Part shown: positions 10,829 through 19,449 of the stretch, piece by piece
How the letters are laid out: every line of letters starts with the position of its first letter
Numbering within the stretch: the stretch's first letter is position 1
Source: Actinomycetota bacterium
Lineage (GTDB): Bacteria > Actinomycetota > UBA4738 > HRBIN12
DNA length: 64,000 nt
Reading direction: 5' to 3'
Assembly (NCBI GenBank): GCA_035249905.1
Contig: DATFFT010000004.1
Coordinates: 395 to 64,394 of the forward strand
The notes under the pieces: model-generated
What the model was told of the DNA's origin: nothing
Database searches by the model: none
What the model saw: the letters and a program-made list of their open reading frames with translations, nothing else
Program-made: the position numbers and the translations under genes

Positions 10829-11086
10829 TTGCCGGCCGGGGACGGCGCCGGGTTCCAGGAGCGGTGGCGGCAGATCCAGGTGGGGTTCGTCGACGAGCCA
10901 CGAGGTGCCGTACACGATGCCGATGCGCTCGTCGCCGAGCTGATGCAACGGTTGGCAGCGGGATTCGCCGAGGAGCGTCAACGGCTCGAGGGCGAGTGGG
11001 AGCGAGGGGAAGAGGTCTCGACCGAGGACCTGCGGCAGGCGCTGCGGCACTATCGGTCCTTCTTCAACCGTCTGCTCTCCGCCTGA
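10829..11086 (+). CDS. soluble paralog of the preceding domain; apparently the 3' part of a gene interrupted by an in-frame TGA
   Basis: FQERWRQIQVGFVDEPRGAVHDADALV...STEDLRQALRHYRSFFNRLL. Only TTG/CTG starts are available. An ATG at 10721 (ATGA-coupled to the upstream gene) is in the same frame but is followed by TGA at 10784-10786. Confidence 0.55.
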   Translation: MPAGDGAGFQERWRQIQVGFVDEPRGAVHDADALVAELMQRLAAGFAEERQRLEGEWERGEEVSTEDLRQALRHYRSFFNRLLSA

Positions 11087-11655
11087 TCTACCCCGAGCCG
11101 GTAGGTCGCGGCGACGAACTGACCCTGCCGCTCGACGCCGACGAGCGTGAGGTCCGAGGCGAGCAGGCGGCGCGGTAACAGCGGTGCGCCGGCGCCGAGG
11201 GTCACCGGAGCGATGCTCAGCTGGATCTCGTCGAGGAGCCCGCGATCGGCCAGCTGGCCGGCCAGGTCGCCGCCTCCGACGATCCAGACGTTCTTGCCGC
11301 CGGCGGCCTCGACCATCTCGGCGTGGACCGGCCCCGCCTCGCCCTGCACGAACCGCAGGTCGGCGTCGGGGATCGCCGGGAGCTCCCGGTGCGAGAACAC
11401 CCAGCAGGGCGTGTCGCCGTAGTACTCCCGCCACTTCTCGGGATGATCGAGGAGCTGGTCGTGGTCGAGGACCCACTCGTAGGTGGTCGAGCCCATCGCC
11501 ATCGCCCCGATCTGGCGGAAGAACTCGGCGAATCGCTGTTCGTGCCCCGCGTCGTCGTCGCCCTCCGGCACCTGGAAGAGCCACTCGAGCGAATTGCGTT
11601 CGTCGGCGATGTACCCGTCGATGCTGGTGGCCGTGTAGTACTGCGTGATGCCCAT
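11050..11655 (-). CDS. dihydrofolate reductase-like (RibD C-terminal domain) family protein
   Basis: MGITQYYTATSIDGYIADERNSLEWLF...AMAMGSTTYEWV...VWIVGGGDLAGQLADRGLLDEIQLSIAPVTLGAG. Confidence 0.88.
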   Translation of the reverse strand: MGITQYYTATSIDGYIADERNSLEWLFQVPEGDDDAGHEQRFAEFFRQIGAMAMGSTTYEWVLDHDQLLDHPEKWREYYGDTPCWVFSHRELPAIPDADLRFVQGEAGPVHAEMVEAAGGKNVWIVGGGDLAGQLADRGLLDEIQLSIAPVTLGAGAPLLPRRLLASDLTLVGVERQGQFVAATYRLGVDQAESRRLKKDR

Positions 11656-11658
11656 GGC

Positions 11659-11853
11659 TCAGGATAGGCTGGCCGCGAGTCTCGCCACCTCCCTGCGCTC
11701 TTCGGCGTATCGCTCGGCCAGCCGCTCCTGATGGAGCTCGAGGTGCCTGCGAACGATCTCCGGATCGTCGGCGGTGAGCACCGCCCGGATCTCGTCGAAC
11801 GGCATCCGCTGAAGGCGCAGGGTCGTGGCGACCCGCAACGCCGACACCGTCAT
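11659..11853 (-). CDS. 64-aa MerR-like protein lacking the HTH (wing plus coiled-coil only)
   Basis: MTVSALRVATTLRLQRMPFDEIRAVLTADDPEIVRRHLELHQERLAERYAEERREVARLAASLS resembles the region of MerR regulators from the second wing onward. ATGA-coupled to the upstream small gene, with 3 nt before the next gene. Confidence 0.55.
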   Translation of the reverse strand: MTVSALRVATTLRLQRMPFDEIRAVLTADDPEIVRRHLELHQERLAERYAEERREVARLAASLS

Positions 11854-12050
11854 CCCGAGCGCTCCTTCGGTGTGAGCATCAACCCCAGTCCCGCCGCGAA
11901 CATGGGGATGCCGAGCGGGATCCCGATGATCGTGAAGATCAGCAGCCCTCCCGTCATGAACAGGACGGAACCGAACACGATCCCGCTCAGGCTGGGCAGC
12001 TCCGGCCCGACCCATCCCTTCGTCGTCTCGTCATCCGATCGGTCCGACAT
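11850..12050 (-). CDS. 66-aa two-TM membrane protein
   Basis: MSDRSDDETTKGWVGPELPSLSGIVFGSVLFMTGGLLIFTIIGIPLGIPMFAAGLGLMLTPKERSG. Strong SD AAGGAGGAG 4 nt upstream of the ATG, and high GC3. Confidence 0.7.
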   Translation of the reverse strand: MSDRSDDETTKGWVGPELPSLSGIVFGSVLFMTGGLLIFTIIGIPLGIPMFAAGLGLMLTPKERSG

Positions 12051-12080
12051 CAGCTCCTCCTTCCGTGCTCCTGCAGACGA

Positions 12081-12107
12081 GACGAAGACGCCCGAGTGCC
12101 TGTGACA
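12081..12107 (-). promoter_or_regulatory. ECF41-type promoter TGTCACA-N16-CGTC
   Basis: The minus strand reads TGTCACA (12107-12101), ggcactcgggcgtctt (16 nt), CGTC (12084-12081). This matches the published ECF41 target consensus exactly and lies 30 nt upstream of ATG 12050. Confidence 0.65.
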
Positions 12108-12157
12108 CCCTCGACAGGGTGATCGTGGTGCGAGCCGCCGTGTCACCACCCGAGCGG

Positions 12158-12184
12158 TGTCACGTAGGGCGCGCCTGTCTCGTC
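12158..12184 (+). promoter_or_regulatory. second ECF41-like motif TGTCACG-N16-CGTC facing the sigma gene
   Basis: tgtcacg (12158-12164), 16 nt, cgtc (12181-12184). The -10 ends 10 nt before ATG 12195. A third TGTCAC half-motif is at 12141-12146. Confidence 0.4.
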
Positions 12185-12194
12185 CAGGAGGAAG

Positions 12195-13097
12195 ATGAGA
12201 CCCGACGAAGGAGCCGTCGTGGACGAGACCTACACGGAACTGAGACCGCTGATGTTCTCGATCGCGTACCGCATGCTCGGCAGCGCGTCGGAGGCCGAGG
12301 ACATCGTGCAGGAAGCGTTCCTCCGCTTCCATCGGGAGACGCAACAGGGCACCGAGGTCGAGGAGCCCAAGGCGTTCCTGTCGACGGTCACGACGAGGCT
12401 CAGCATCGACCATCTGCGCTCGGCCCGTGTTCGCCGGGAACGGTACGTCGGCACATGGCTCCCAGAACCGCTCGTGACCGAGACCGAGCCCGACGCCGCG
12501 CGTCACGCCGAGACCGCGGACTCGCTGTCGATGGGCTTCCTCGTGCTGCTGGAGAACCTCACGCCGGTCGAGCGAGCCGTCTTCCTGCTGCACGAGGTCT
12601 TCGGCTACGACTACGGCGAGATCGCGGAGGTCGTCGGCAAGAGCGAAGCCAACTGCCGCCAGATCGCGGTGCGGGCGCGCAGGCACGTCCAGGACGGCAA
12701 GCCTCGGTTCGAGGCCTCCCGCGAGCGACGGGAGGCACTCGCGCAGCGGTTCTTCGAGGCGGCCGGCGCCGGCGACCAGGAAGGTCTGCTCGGTCTGCTC
12801 GCCGCCGACGTGGTGGCCTACGCCGACGGCGGAGGCAAGGGCCTGGCGTTCCCGAAGCCGGTGCACGGGCGGGACAAGGTCGCGAGGCTGCTCATGGGGG
12901 CGGCCGCGGGGGGTGTGCGCGCCGGCGTCGTGGGCATGCGGTCGGTCGAGATCAACGGCCAGCCCGGGGCGCTGTACGTCGACGCCGGCGGGAAGCCGAT
13001 CGCCGCCGTCACGCTGGACATCGTCGACGACCAGGTACAGACCCTGCACGCGGTGAGCAACCCGGAGAAGCTCCGCCACATCAGCCCGGCACCGTAG
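12195..13097 (+). CDS. ECF41-group sigma factor (SigJ-like) with fused SnoaL-like C-terminal regulatory domain
   Basis: Sigma regions 2 and 4 (DIVQEAFLRF, LTPVERAVFLLHEVFGYDYGEIAEVVGKSEANCRQIAVRARRHV) plus all three ECF41 hallmarks: WLPEP linker, DGGGK and NPEKL (consensus NPDKL). Confidence 0.92.
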   Translation: MRPDEGAVVDETYTELRPLMFSIAYRMLGSASEAEDIVQEAFLRFHRETQQGTEVEEPKAFLSTVTTRLSIDHLRSARVRRERYVGTWLPEPLVTETEPDAARHAETADSLSMGFLVLLENLTPVERAVFLLHEVFGYDYGEIAEVVGKSEANCRQIAVRARRHVQDGKPRFEASRERREALAQRFFEAAGAGDQEGLLGLLAADVVAYADGGGKGLAFPKPVHGRDKVARLLMGAAAGGVRAGVVGMRSVEINGQPGALYVDAGGKPIAAVTLDIVDDQVQTLHAVSNPEKLRHISPAP

Positions 13098-13113
13098 GCC
13101 ACGATGCCGCCGC

Positions 13114-13776
13114 TCAGGCGGCAGGCCCGTACGCGGCCATGAACACGCGGACGCCCTCGTCGGCGAAGGAGTCCAGCTCCGACTGACTGAATCGGTCGTC
13201 CTCTCCACGGAGCGTCGCTTCGTTCAGTGGGACCGACACGGCCATCCAGAGGAATCCGCTCGCCGCGACCGACGCATCGTCGACGCGCAGGAGCCCGCGT
13301 TCGGAGAGCCGCTCGAAACTCGACGCCAACGCCGCGATCGTCCGCCCCGGTCCTCGCTCGTAGTACGCGCGCCCGAGCTCCGGGAACCGCGCCGCTTCGC
13401 CGATCACGAGTCGCCGGAGCTGGAGCAGGCGGGGCTGCATGACGATGGCAACGAGGCGACGAGCCAGCTCACGCAGGTCCCCTTCCAGGTCCTCCGGCTC
13501 TCGGAGCGACACGATCGCCTCGTAGAAGGGTTCCCCGATCTGATCGATCGTGCCGAGCACGATCTCGCTGAACAGCGCCTCCTTGTCCTGGAAGTACCTG
13601 TACATCGTCTGCTTGGACACACCGGCCAGCCCGGCGATCTCGTCGACGCTCGCGCCCTTGTAGCCCTTCTGCAGGAACACCGTCACCGCAGCTTGGATGA
13701 TCGCCCGACGCTTCCGCGCAGATCGGCTCTGGTCGTCAGGCTCGCTCGCTCCGCTGAGTAGTGCCGTCTCGCCCAT
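13114..13776 (-). CDS. TetR/AcrR family transcriptional regulator
   Basis: RKRRAIIQAAVTVFLQKGYKGASVDEIAGLAGVSKQTMYRYFQDKEALF. Confidence 0.92.
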   Translation of the reverse strand: MGETALLSGASEPDDQSRSARKRRAIIQAAVTVFLQKGYKGASVDEIAGLAGVSKQTMYRYFQDKEALFSEIVLGTIDQIGEPFYEAIVSLREPEDLEGDLRELARRLVAIVMQPRLLQLRRLVIGEAARFPELGRAYYERGPGRTIAALASSFERLSERGLLRVDDASVAASGFLWMAVSVPLNEATLRGEDDRFSQSELDSFADEGVRVFMAAYGPAA

Positions 13777-13809
13777 CGTTCCCTCCTGCTCGTTTCCTCG
13801 AAGAGTACG

Positions 13810-13845
13810 AGACGGTTCCGTACTAGTGATGGTACTGTACCGTCT
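13810..13845. promoter_or_regulatory. putative TetR operator (14-nt imperfect inverted repeat, 12/14)
   Basis: agacggttccgtac (13810-13823) and gtactgtaccgtct (13832-13845), with an inner perfect GGTACTGTACC, in the divergent TetR/RibD_C intergenic region. Confidence 0.55.
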
Positions 13846-13904
13846 AGTTCAGTTGTCGGGCAGGGATGCGATCGGCGTATCCCCAACGAGCGAGGAGGCT
13901 CGAG

Positions 13905-14462
13905 ATGAGGAAGATCGTTGCAGGGCTGTACATGTCGCTCGACGGCGTGGTGGAGTCCCCGGAGAAGTGGTCGGGCCCCTACTTCGACGACGAGATGGGT
14001 CAGGCCGTCGGTGCGCAGATGGCCGGGTCCGACACGCTCCTGCTGGGGCGACGGACCTACGAGGAGTTCGCGGCCTTCTGGCCGGATCGGACCGCCGAGG
14101 ACGATCCGTTCGCCGACTACATCAACGGCGTTCCCAAGCTCGTCGCCTCGACGACGCTGAAGGCCGTCGACTGGCAGCCCTCCAGCCTGATCTCCGGCGA
14201 CGTGGTTGAGGAGTTGACGAGGCTCAAGAGCCAGGCCGGGAAGAACATCTCCATCACGGGCAGCATCACGCTCGTTCGGTCGTTGCTGCATGCACGGTTG
14301 CTCGACGAGCTCTCGCTGATGGTCCTTCCGGTGGTCGTGGGCACAGGGAAGCACCTGTTCGAGGACGGCGACCAGCTCGATCTGAAGCTGCTCGACTCGC
14401 GAGCGTTCGGTTCGGGCGTCGTGTTCATCACCTATGGACCCACGGACGCTTCCGGGCGTTGA
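13905..14462 (+). CDS. dihydrofolate reductase-like (RibD C-terminal domain) family protein
   Basis: MRKIVAGLYMSLDGVVESPEKW...LLLGRRTYEEFAAFWP...ISITGSITLVRSLLHARLLDELSLMVLPVVVGTGKHLF. SD GAGGAGG upstream. Confidence 0.88.
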   Translation: MRKIVAGLYMSLDGVVESPEKWSGPYFDDEMGQAVGAQMAGSDTLLLGRRTYEEFAAFWPDRTAEDDPFADYINGVPKLVASTTLKAVDWQPSSLISGDVVEELTRLKSQAGKNISITGSITLVRSLLHARLLDELSLMVLPVVVGTGKHLFEDGDQLDLKLLDSRAFGSGVVFITYGPTDASGR

Positions 14463-14535
14463 AGGATGGGGAGGCGCCGTTCACCGGAGGGGAAGGACGA
14501 CCGCGAGATCGTCGAGGCCCTCGAAAGGTCCCGTG

Positions 14536-14561
14536 ACGGCAGGGCCAGACGCTCCTGCCGT
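14536..14561. terminator. 8-bp GC hairpin between convergent genes
   Basis: ACGGCAGG (14536-14543) pairs with CCTGCCGT (14554-14561) across a 10-nt loop. No U-tract. Confidence 0.25.
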
Positions 14562-14608
14562 TCCCCGCTTCCCGGTGCCCTCAGCCGCATCGGTCACGCA
14601 CGGCCGTC

Positions 14609-15712
14609 TCACGCCGGGACGCCGACGCGCCGATCCTCGTGGTCCACGCCCTGCATGAGGCGCTGCACGACGTACCGAGCGTCGCGGTTCATGCCGGGGA
14701 GCACCTCCGAGGCGAAGGAGTACTGGAACGGGAGGCCCACGAAGGCGAGGCCGGGTTCGTCGACGGCGACGCCGATCTCGTGACGCACCTCGCCCCGCTC
14801 GTCGAAGATCGGCAGGTGGATCCAGGAGAGGTCCTTCCGGAACCCGGTGCACCACACCACGTTCTGCACGTCGAGGACCCGACCGTCTTCGAGCTGGGGG
14901 CGGCCCTCCACGGCTCCCACCGTCCGGGGCACACGCTCGACCCCGGCCGCCTCGAGCCAGCGAGGCTTCACCCGAACGAGCGGGTCCCCCTTCTTCTCGC
15001 TCGCACGGACCCGGCGTCCGATCGGGGTGCGGATCGTCAGCACGTGCACGCCCACGAATCGCACGAGGTGGAACGCGACGTGGCGCGCGAACCACCGGTC
15101 GACGTCGAAGGGGATGTGCCCCGTATCGGGCCCCGAGAGCCAGGTCGTCCGCCCGTTCACCAGCTCGATCGCGATGTCGGCGCCCGAGTTCCCGGCTCCG
15201 ACGACGAGCACGCCGCCGTCCCGCAGCTGGGATGGGTTGCGGTACTCGCTCGAGTGGAGCTGCCGGATCGAAGGGTCGAGCTCCCGGGAGAACGACGGGA
15301 AGAGGGGATCGCGATTGCTCCCCGTCGCGACGATCACGCTCGCCGCCTCGAGCTCGTGCTCGCCGGATGTGAGCAGGAACCGGCCATCGCGACGCTCCAG
15401 CCGGTCGACCCGCATGCCGGTGCGAACCGGAAGGTCGAACCGCTCGACGTAGGCTTCGAGGTAGTCGGCCATGTCGTCCTTCGTGGCCTGGTCGGACGGA
15501 GGGATCGGCAGCCGCATGCCGGGCAACGCCGAATACCGGGCGGTCGTGAACAACCGCAGGGAATCCCATCGGCGTCTCCATGAGTCCCCCACGCGCGCGC
15601 CGCCGTCGAGGATCACGAAGTCCGCACCGCGCTCCCGCAGGTAGTAGCTCGCCGCCAGCCCGGCGTTCCCCCCACCCACCACGATCGTGTCGAAACGTTC
15701 CCGGCTCTGCAT
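14609..15712 (-). CDS. FAD/NAD(P)-binding flavoprotein monooxygenase (CzcO-like)
   Basis: FDTIVVGGGNAGLAASYYL (FAD GxGxxG) and VLVVGAGNSGADIAIEL (second dinucleotide motif). ATG 15712 is preferred over 15733 because GAGGAGG precedes it. Confidence 0.88.
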   Translation of the reverse strand: MQSRERFDTIVVGGGNAGLAASYYLRERGADFVILDGGARVGDSWRRRWDSLRLFTTARYSALPGMRLPIPPSDQATKDDMADYLEAYVERFDLPVRTGMRVDRLERRDGRFLLTSGEHELEAASVIVATGSNRDPLFPSFSRELDPSIRQLHSSEYRNPSQLRDGGVLVVGAGNSGADIAIELVNGRTTWLSGPDTGHIPFDVDRWFARHVAFHLVRFVGVHVLTIRTPIGRRVRASEKKGDPLVRVKPRWLEAAGVERVPRTVGAVEGRPQLEDGRVLDVQNVVWCTGFRKDLSWIHLPIFDERGEVRHEIGVAVDEPGLAFVGLPFQYSFASEVLPGMNRDARYVVQRLMQGVDHEDRRVGVPA

Positions 15713-15826
15713 CGCCGCACCTCCTCGTTCCATAGAAGGAAGCTAGGCGGGCAGACGCGGGGTTTCATCGACGGAACACACCAATCACCGTCTCCGCCCT
15801 CGTGGTGCATCCGCACCACGAGGGGG

Positions 15827-17455
15827 TCAGATCAGCCCGTGCTCGAAGACGAAGGCGGTCGCAGCGGCTCGCGAGCTCACGCCGATCTTGGCGTAGATGT
15901 TCTGCAGGTGCCGCCCCACCGTGTGTTCGCTCAGCACCAGCTCGACGGCGATGTCGCGATTCGTCTTCCCCGACGCGACGAGACGCAGGACCTCGGCTTC
16001 CCTCGCCGACAGTCCGGCGGGAAGCGCATCGTCGGGCTGAAGGAGCGCATCGATCGCAGCCACATCGAGCCGGGCGCCCAAGCGCTCGAACGTCTCCCTC
16101 GCGGCGCGCAGCTCGCCATCGCCGCCCTCCTCGTCGCCCGTTGCTCGCATGGCGGTGCCCAACGCCTGTCGTGACCGGGCATGCTCGTACGGGAAGTGGA
16201 GGTCGGCCCACGCGGTGCAGGCGCGCCTGAGCGCGGAGAGGGCCCCCTCCGGATCTCCCTCCGCGAGGGACACGGTGCCGTCCGCGTGGTCGGCCACCGC
16301 CTCGAGCGCGGGCGTCGCCAGCTCGGCCGTCGCCTCACGCAGCTCCGCGGCGCACGCCTTCGCCTCGTCCGGGACTCCGCTCGCGATCCCGACCTCGACG
16401 CATGCCGCGAGCAGCCGGACCCGTTCCGGCACGGTCAGCGGAGCCTCTCGGGCCGCTCGGAGCGCGGCGGCTGCCTCTCGGATCTCCCCCCTCGCGAGGG
16501 CGAGCATGGCACGACCGGGCTGGGGGTCGGCGCCGTGGGCCCTGGCTCGCTCGAATGCGGCCGCCGACCCCTCGAGGTCGCCTCGTCGGCGGCGGATCTC
16601 CCCCAGCTCCGACAGGGCGGATCCGATCTCCCCGGCATCGGACCGTTCCATCTCGTCGGCGGCGAGCGACGCCTCGGCCTCGGCCTCAGCCCACGCTCCT
16701 GCGAGGCGCGCAACGTGGGCGCGGTTCACCCTGCAGAGCGAGTGGAACGGGGAATCGGCGGAGAGGGAGTCACACCAGTCGCGTGCCGCCGCCGACCACT
16801 CGCTCGCGCGCCGAAGATCCGCGATCTCGAGGCACGCACCGATCACGTTGCAGTACACGACCCCGGTGAGGAAGGGGTCCAGCTCCCCGGCGAGCACGGA
16901 GGTCATCGCCTCGTCGAGCAGCGTCAGGCCCTGCGGGATCCGGCCGGCGGCGATGTGTGCCATGCCTTCGGTGTGGATCGCCATCGCGAGCCCGCCGCCC
17001 TCGTTGAGCCGGCGTGCGAGGGCGGCAGCTCGCTGGGCCAGCTCGATCGAGCCGTCGAGATCGCCGCCGTACCGTCGCACGGTGGCTTCCGTCGTCCAGA
17101 GCATGCCGAGCTCGAAGCATTCGGGTTCCCCGTCGAGGTGTCGATGCGCCTTCGCCAGCCAGCCGCCTCCGACCGACGGGTTGCCCCGGCTGAAGTGGTC
17201 GATCGCGAGTCGCGCCGCGACCGCACCCGCCCGGGCGTCGTCACCGGCCGCCGCGTACCCGGCGTACGCGCGTTGCCTCGCCTGGATCGCCGCGTGCTCA
17301 TCGAAGACCCACCAGGCCGCCTCGGCCAGCACCTCCAGGTCGCCGGGCTCGAGCGACGCCGGATCGACGGAGCTCAGCGCCTCGTAGGCCTGGGCCCACT
17401 CCCCGCTCGCGGCGGCGCGTCTGCCCAGCGTCACTGCATCGATCCCTGCGGTCAT
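15827..17455 (-). CDS. large LuxR-family transcriptional regulator with helical-repeat (TPR-like) sensor region
   Basis: C-terminal [61 protein letters not shown], preceded by about 470 aa of Ala/Leu-rich helical repeats. Confidence 0.9.
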   Translation of the reverse strand: MTAGIDAVTLGRRAAASGEWAQAYEALSSVDPASLEPGDLEVLAEAAWWVFDEHAAIQARQRAYAGYAAAGDDARAGAVAARLAIDHFSRGNPSVGGGWLAKAHRHLDGEPECFELGMLWTTEATVRRYGGDLDGSIELAQRAAALARRLNEGGGLAMAIHTEGMAHIAAGRIPQGLTLLDEAMTSVLAGELDPFLTGVVYCNVIGACLEIADLRRASEWSAAARDWCDSLSADSPFHSLCRVNRAHVARLAGAWAEAEAEASLAADEMERSDAGEIGSALSELGEIRRRRGDLEGSAAAFERARAHGADPQPGRAMLALARGEIREAAAALRAAREAPLTVPERVRLLAACVEVGIASGVPDEAKACAAELREATAELATPALEAVADHADGTVSLAEGDPEGALSALRRACTAWADLHFPYEHARSRQALGTAMRATGDEEGGDGELRAARETFERLGARLDVAAIDALLQPDDALPAGLSAREAEVLRLVASGKTNRDIAVELVLSEHTVGRHLQNIYAKIGVSSRAAATAFVFEHGLI

Positions 17456-17502
17456 GCGCTCCTCCGGAGGAACCCCGACGATACGTGGGTGGTCGTTCCA
17501 TG

Positions 17503-18063
17503 TCAGGCAGTCGTGCTCATCGAGCTCCTCGCCGACCGACTCCGCACGTAGGCGCCCACCGGCTTGCGCATGTACACGAGCGAGAACGATCCCTGGGACC
17601 GGCGATCGAACTCTTCGTACCCGAGCCGCGAGTACAACCCGATGTTTTCGACCATCGCCTCGTGGGTGTAGAGGTAGACGGAATCGAACCCCGCGCGGTG
17701 CGCCTGGGCCTCCGCGAACCGCAGCAGGGCGGTTCCGAGCCCCTTTCCCTGCTCGGTGGGGTGGACCGCGACGTTGTCGATCAGGAACCCCTCCTCGGTG
17801 ATGCGGAGCGCGATCACGCCCACGATCGTTCCCGATCGTTCCGCGACCGTGACCCGATCGTCGCGGATGACCTCGTCGTAGTCGTCGATCATCGGGCGCG
17901 GGAGCATGCCGATCCGCTCGGCGTAGGGCCCGTACGCCGCCTCGACCAGCCCGGTGAGGCCACCGGCATCCGATCGGAGCGCCGGCCGGAACCGAAGGTG
18001 TCCCTCCGCGGGAACCGCGGGGGCGTTCACGGCTCCGCGGGCGCGGGGGTCGAGCTGGCGCAT
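17503..18063 (-). CDS. GNAT family N-acetyltransferase
   Basis: Acetyl-CoA motif [24 protein letters not shown]. The start is taken at ATG 18063, 2 nt after the upstream stop. Confidence 0.85.
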   Translation of the reverse strand: MRQLDPRARGAVNAPAVPAEGHLRFRPALRSDAGGLTGLVEAAYGPYAERIGMLPRPMIDDYDEVIRDDRVTVAERSGTIVGVIALRITEEGFLIDNVAVHPTEQGKGLGTALLRFAEAQAHRAGFDSVYLYTHEAMVENIGLYSRLGYEEFDRRSQGSFSLVYMRKPVGAYVRSRSARSSMSTTA

Positions 18064-18065
18064 CG

Positions 18066-18512
18066 CTACCCGACCTTCGTCATCGTCGAGCCGTACCCAC
18101 CACCGCCCGGGTAGACCCATGCGCCTGCGATGGTGGTGCCTTCCGCGTCGAACCGGCCCTCGAAGTAGGCGGGGGAGCCGCGCTCACCGGCCCAGATCGT
18201 GAGGACGTCCGCCTCGAGCTCGTACACGTAGTCGAACGTGTTGCCCATGGTGTCGTAGTACCTCGACGTGATGTCGTCGCCCGGCGCCTCACCGAACTTC
18301 CGTTCCCGTCCGATGTACTCCACGCCGGTGACCCGCTGTCCGTCCTGCTGGAGATCGACGCGCTGGATCAGGAAGTACCCCCCGTTCATCCACTCGAAGG
18401 CGACCTCGCCCTGCGCACCGCCGACGACCCTCCAAGTGCCGACCAGCGGCTGCAGGCTCTGCAGATCGGGATCGGGCACGGACGGATGCTGCTGCATATC
18501 TCCGGATGCCAT
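18066..18512 (-). CDS. small hypothetical protein (DUF1579/lipocalin-like feel)
   Basis: [32 protein letters not shown]...[14 protein letters not shown]...[23 protein letters not shown] upstream. Confidence 0.65.
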   Translation of the reverse strand: MASGDMQQHPSVPDPDLQSLQPLVGTWRVVGGAQGEVAFEWMNGGYFLIQRVDLQQDGQRVTGVEYIGRERKFGEAPGDDITSRYYDTMGNTFDYVYELEADVLTIWAGERGSPAYFEGRFDAEGTTIAGAWVYPGGGGYGSTMTKVG

Positions 18513-18544
18513 GTCGGTTCCTCCTCGGTTGCTCTCGCTCGTCC

Positions 18545-19357
18545 TCATGCCAGGTAGAAGGCGCGCAGCGCCGGGACGAGCTTCTTCGGCGCCATCACGA
18601 CCGCGCCGTGGCTCAGGCCGTCGATCGTTCGATGCTGGGCGTCGGGGAGGAGGTCGGCCAGCGCAGCCGCCGCCCGACGCGTGCCTTCCGGGCTCTTGCC
18701 ACCGTCGAGGACCAGCGTCGAGGCGAGCACGGCGTGCCACCGGTCCGTCGGGAGCGGCTCGCCCGCTCGCGTGTCGCCCACGATCGCCACGTCGTAAGGG
18801 ATCGTGGGCGCCATCGCTTTCATGCTCGACCACGTTCGGGGCATCAGCCGCATCCCCCACACGAACGCGGCCGGCATGCCGATACCCTGGGTCATGAAGT
18901 ACGTGACCGCCTCGGCGCGCAGATCGGCCGCGACCAGCGCCTCGACGTGGTCGGCGAAACCGGCCGGTGGCCGCCGATCCCGCTCGTCGACCACGAAGGG
19001 CGGCTCGAACAGCGCCATCTTCTCGACACCGATCCCGCGCGCTGCCGCCTCCAACGCGAGAACCGCTCCCGACGAGCTGCCGAACAGGAACGCCGACCCG
19101 CCGGCGTCCTTGACCAGCGCCTCGATGTCCTCGACCTCGCGCTCGACCTCGTACGGGAGGGTGTCGCCGCTCGCTCCCCTACCACGCCGGTCGTAGTTGA
19201 TGACCGTGAACGACGGAGCGAGGAGGGTCGCGAGCTTCCTCGAGTCCCTCCGGTCCGAGAGCGCGGCGGCGACCAGGATGAGCGGCGGACCGACGCCTGC
19301 TCGCTCGAACGCGATCGTGGTGCCGTCCCGTGACGTGACGCTCGACTCGTCGCCCAT
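18545..19357 (-). CDS. alpha/beta hydrolase
   Basis: TSRDGTTIAFERAGVGPPLILV...INYDRRGRGASGDT...FLFGSSSGAVLALEAAA (GxSxG). Paralog of 22061..22837. Confidence 0.88.
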   Translation of the reverse strand: MGDESSVTSRDGTTIAFERAGVGPPLILVAAALSDRRDSRKLATLLAPSFTVINYDRRGRGASGDTLPYEVEREVEDIEALVKDAGGSAFLFGSSSGAVLALEAAARGIGVEKMALFEPPFVVDERDRRPPAGFADHVEALVAADLRAEAVTYFMTQGIGMPAAFVWGMRLMPRTWSSMKAMAPTIPYDVAIVGDTRAGEPLPTDRWHAVLASTLVLDGGKSPEGTRRAAAALADLLPDAQHRTIDGLSHGAVVMAPKKLVPALRAFYLA

Positions 19358-19449
19358 GGTGGAACCTCCCCTTCCTCGCGGTCCTGTCGAACCCTCACCA
19401 CATATGACGGGTCGACGGCTCGGAAGGGATCGGTCCGACCCGCCTCAAC

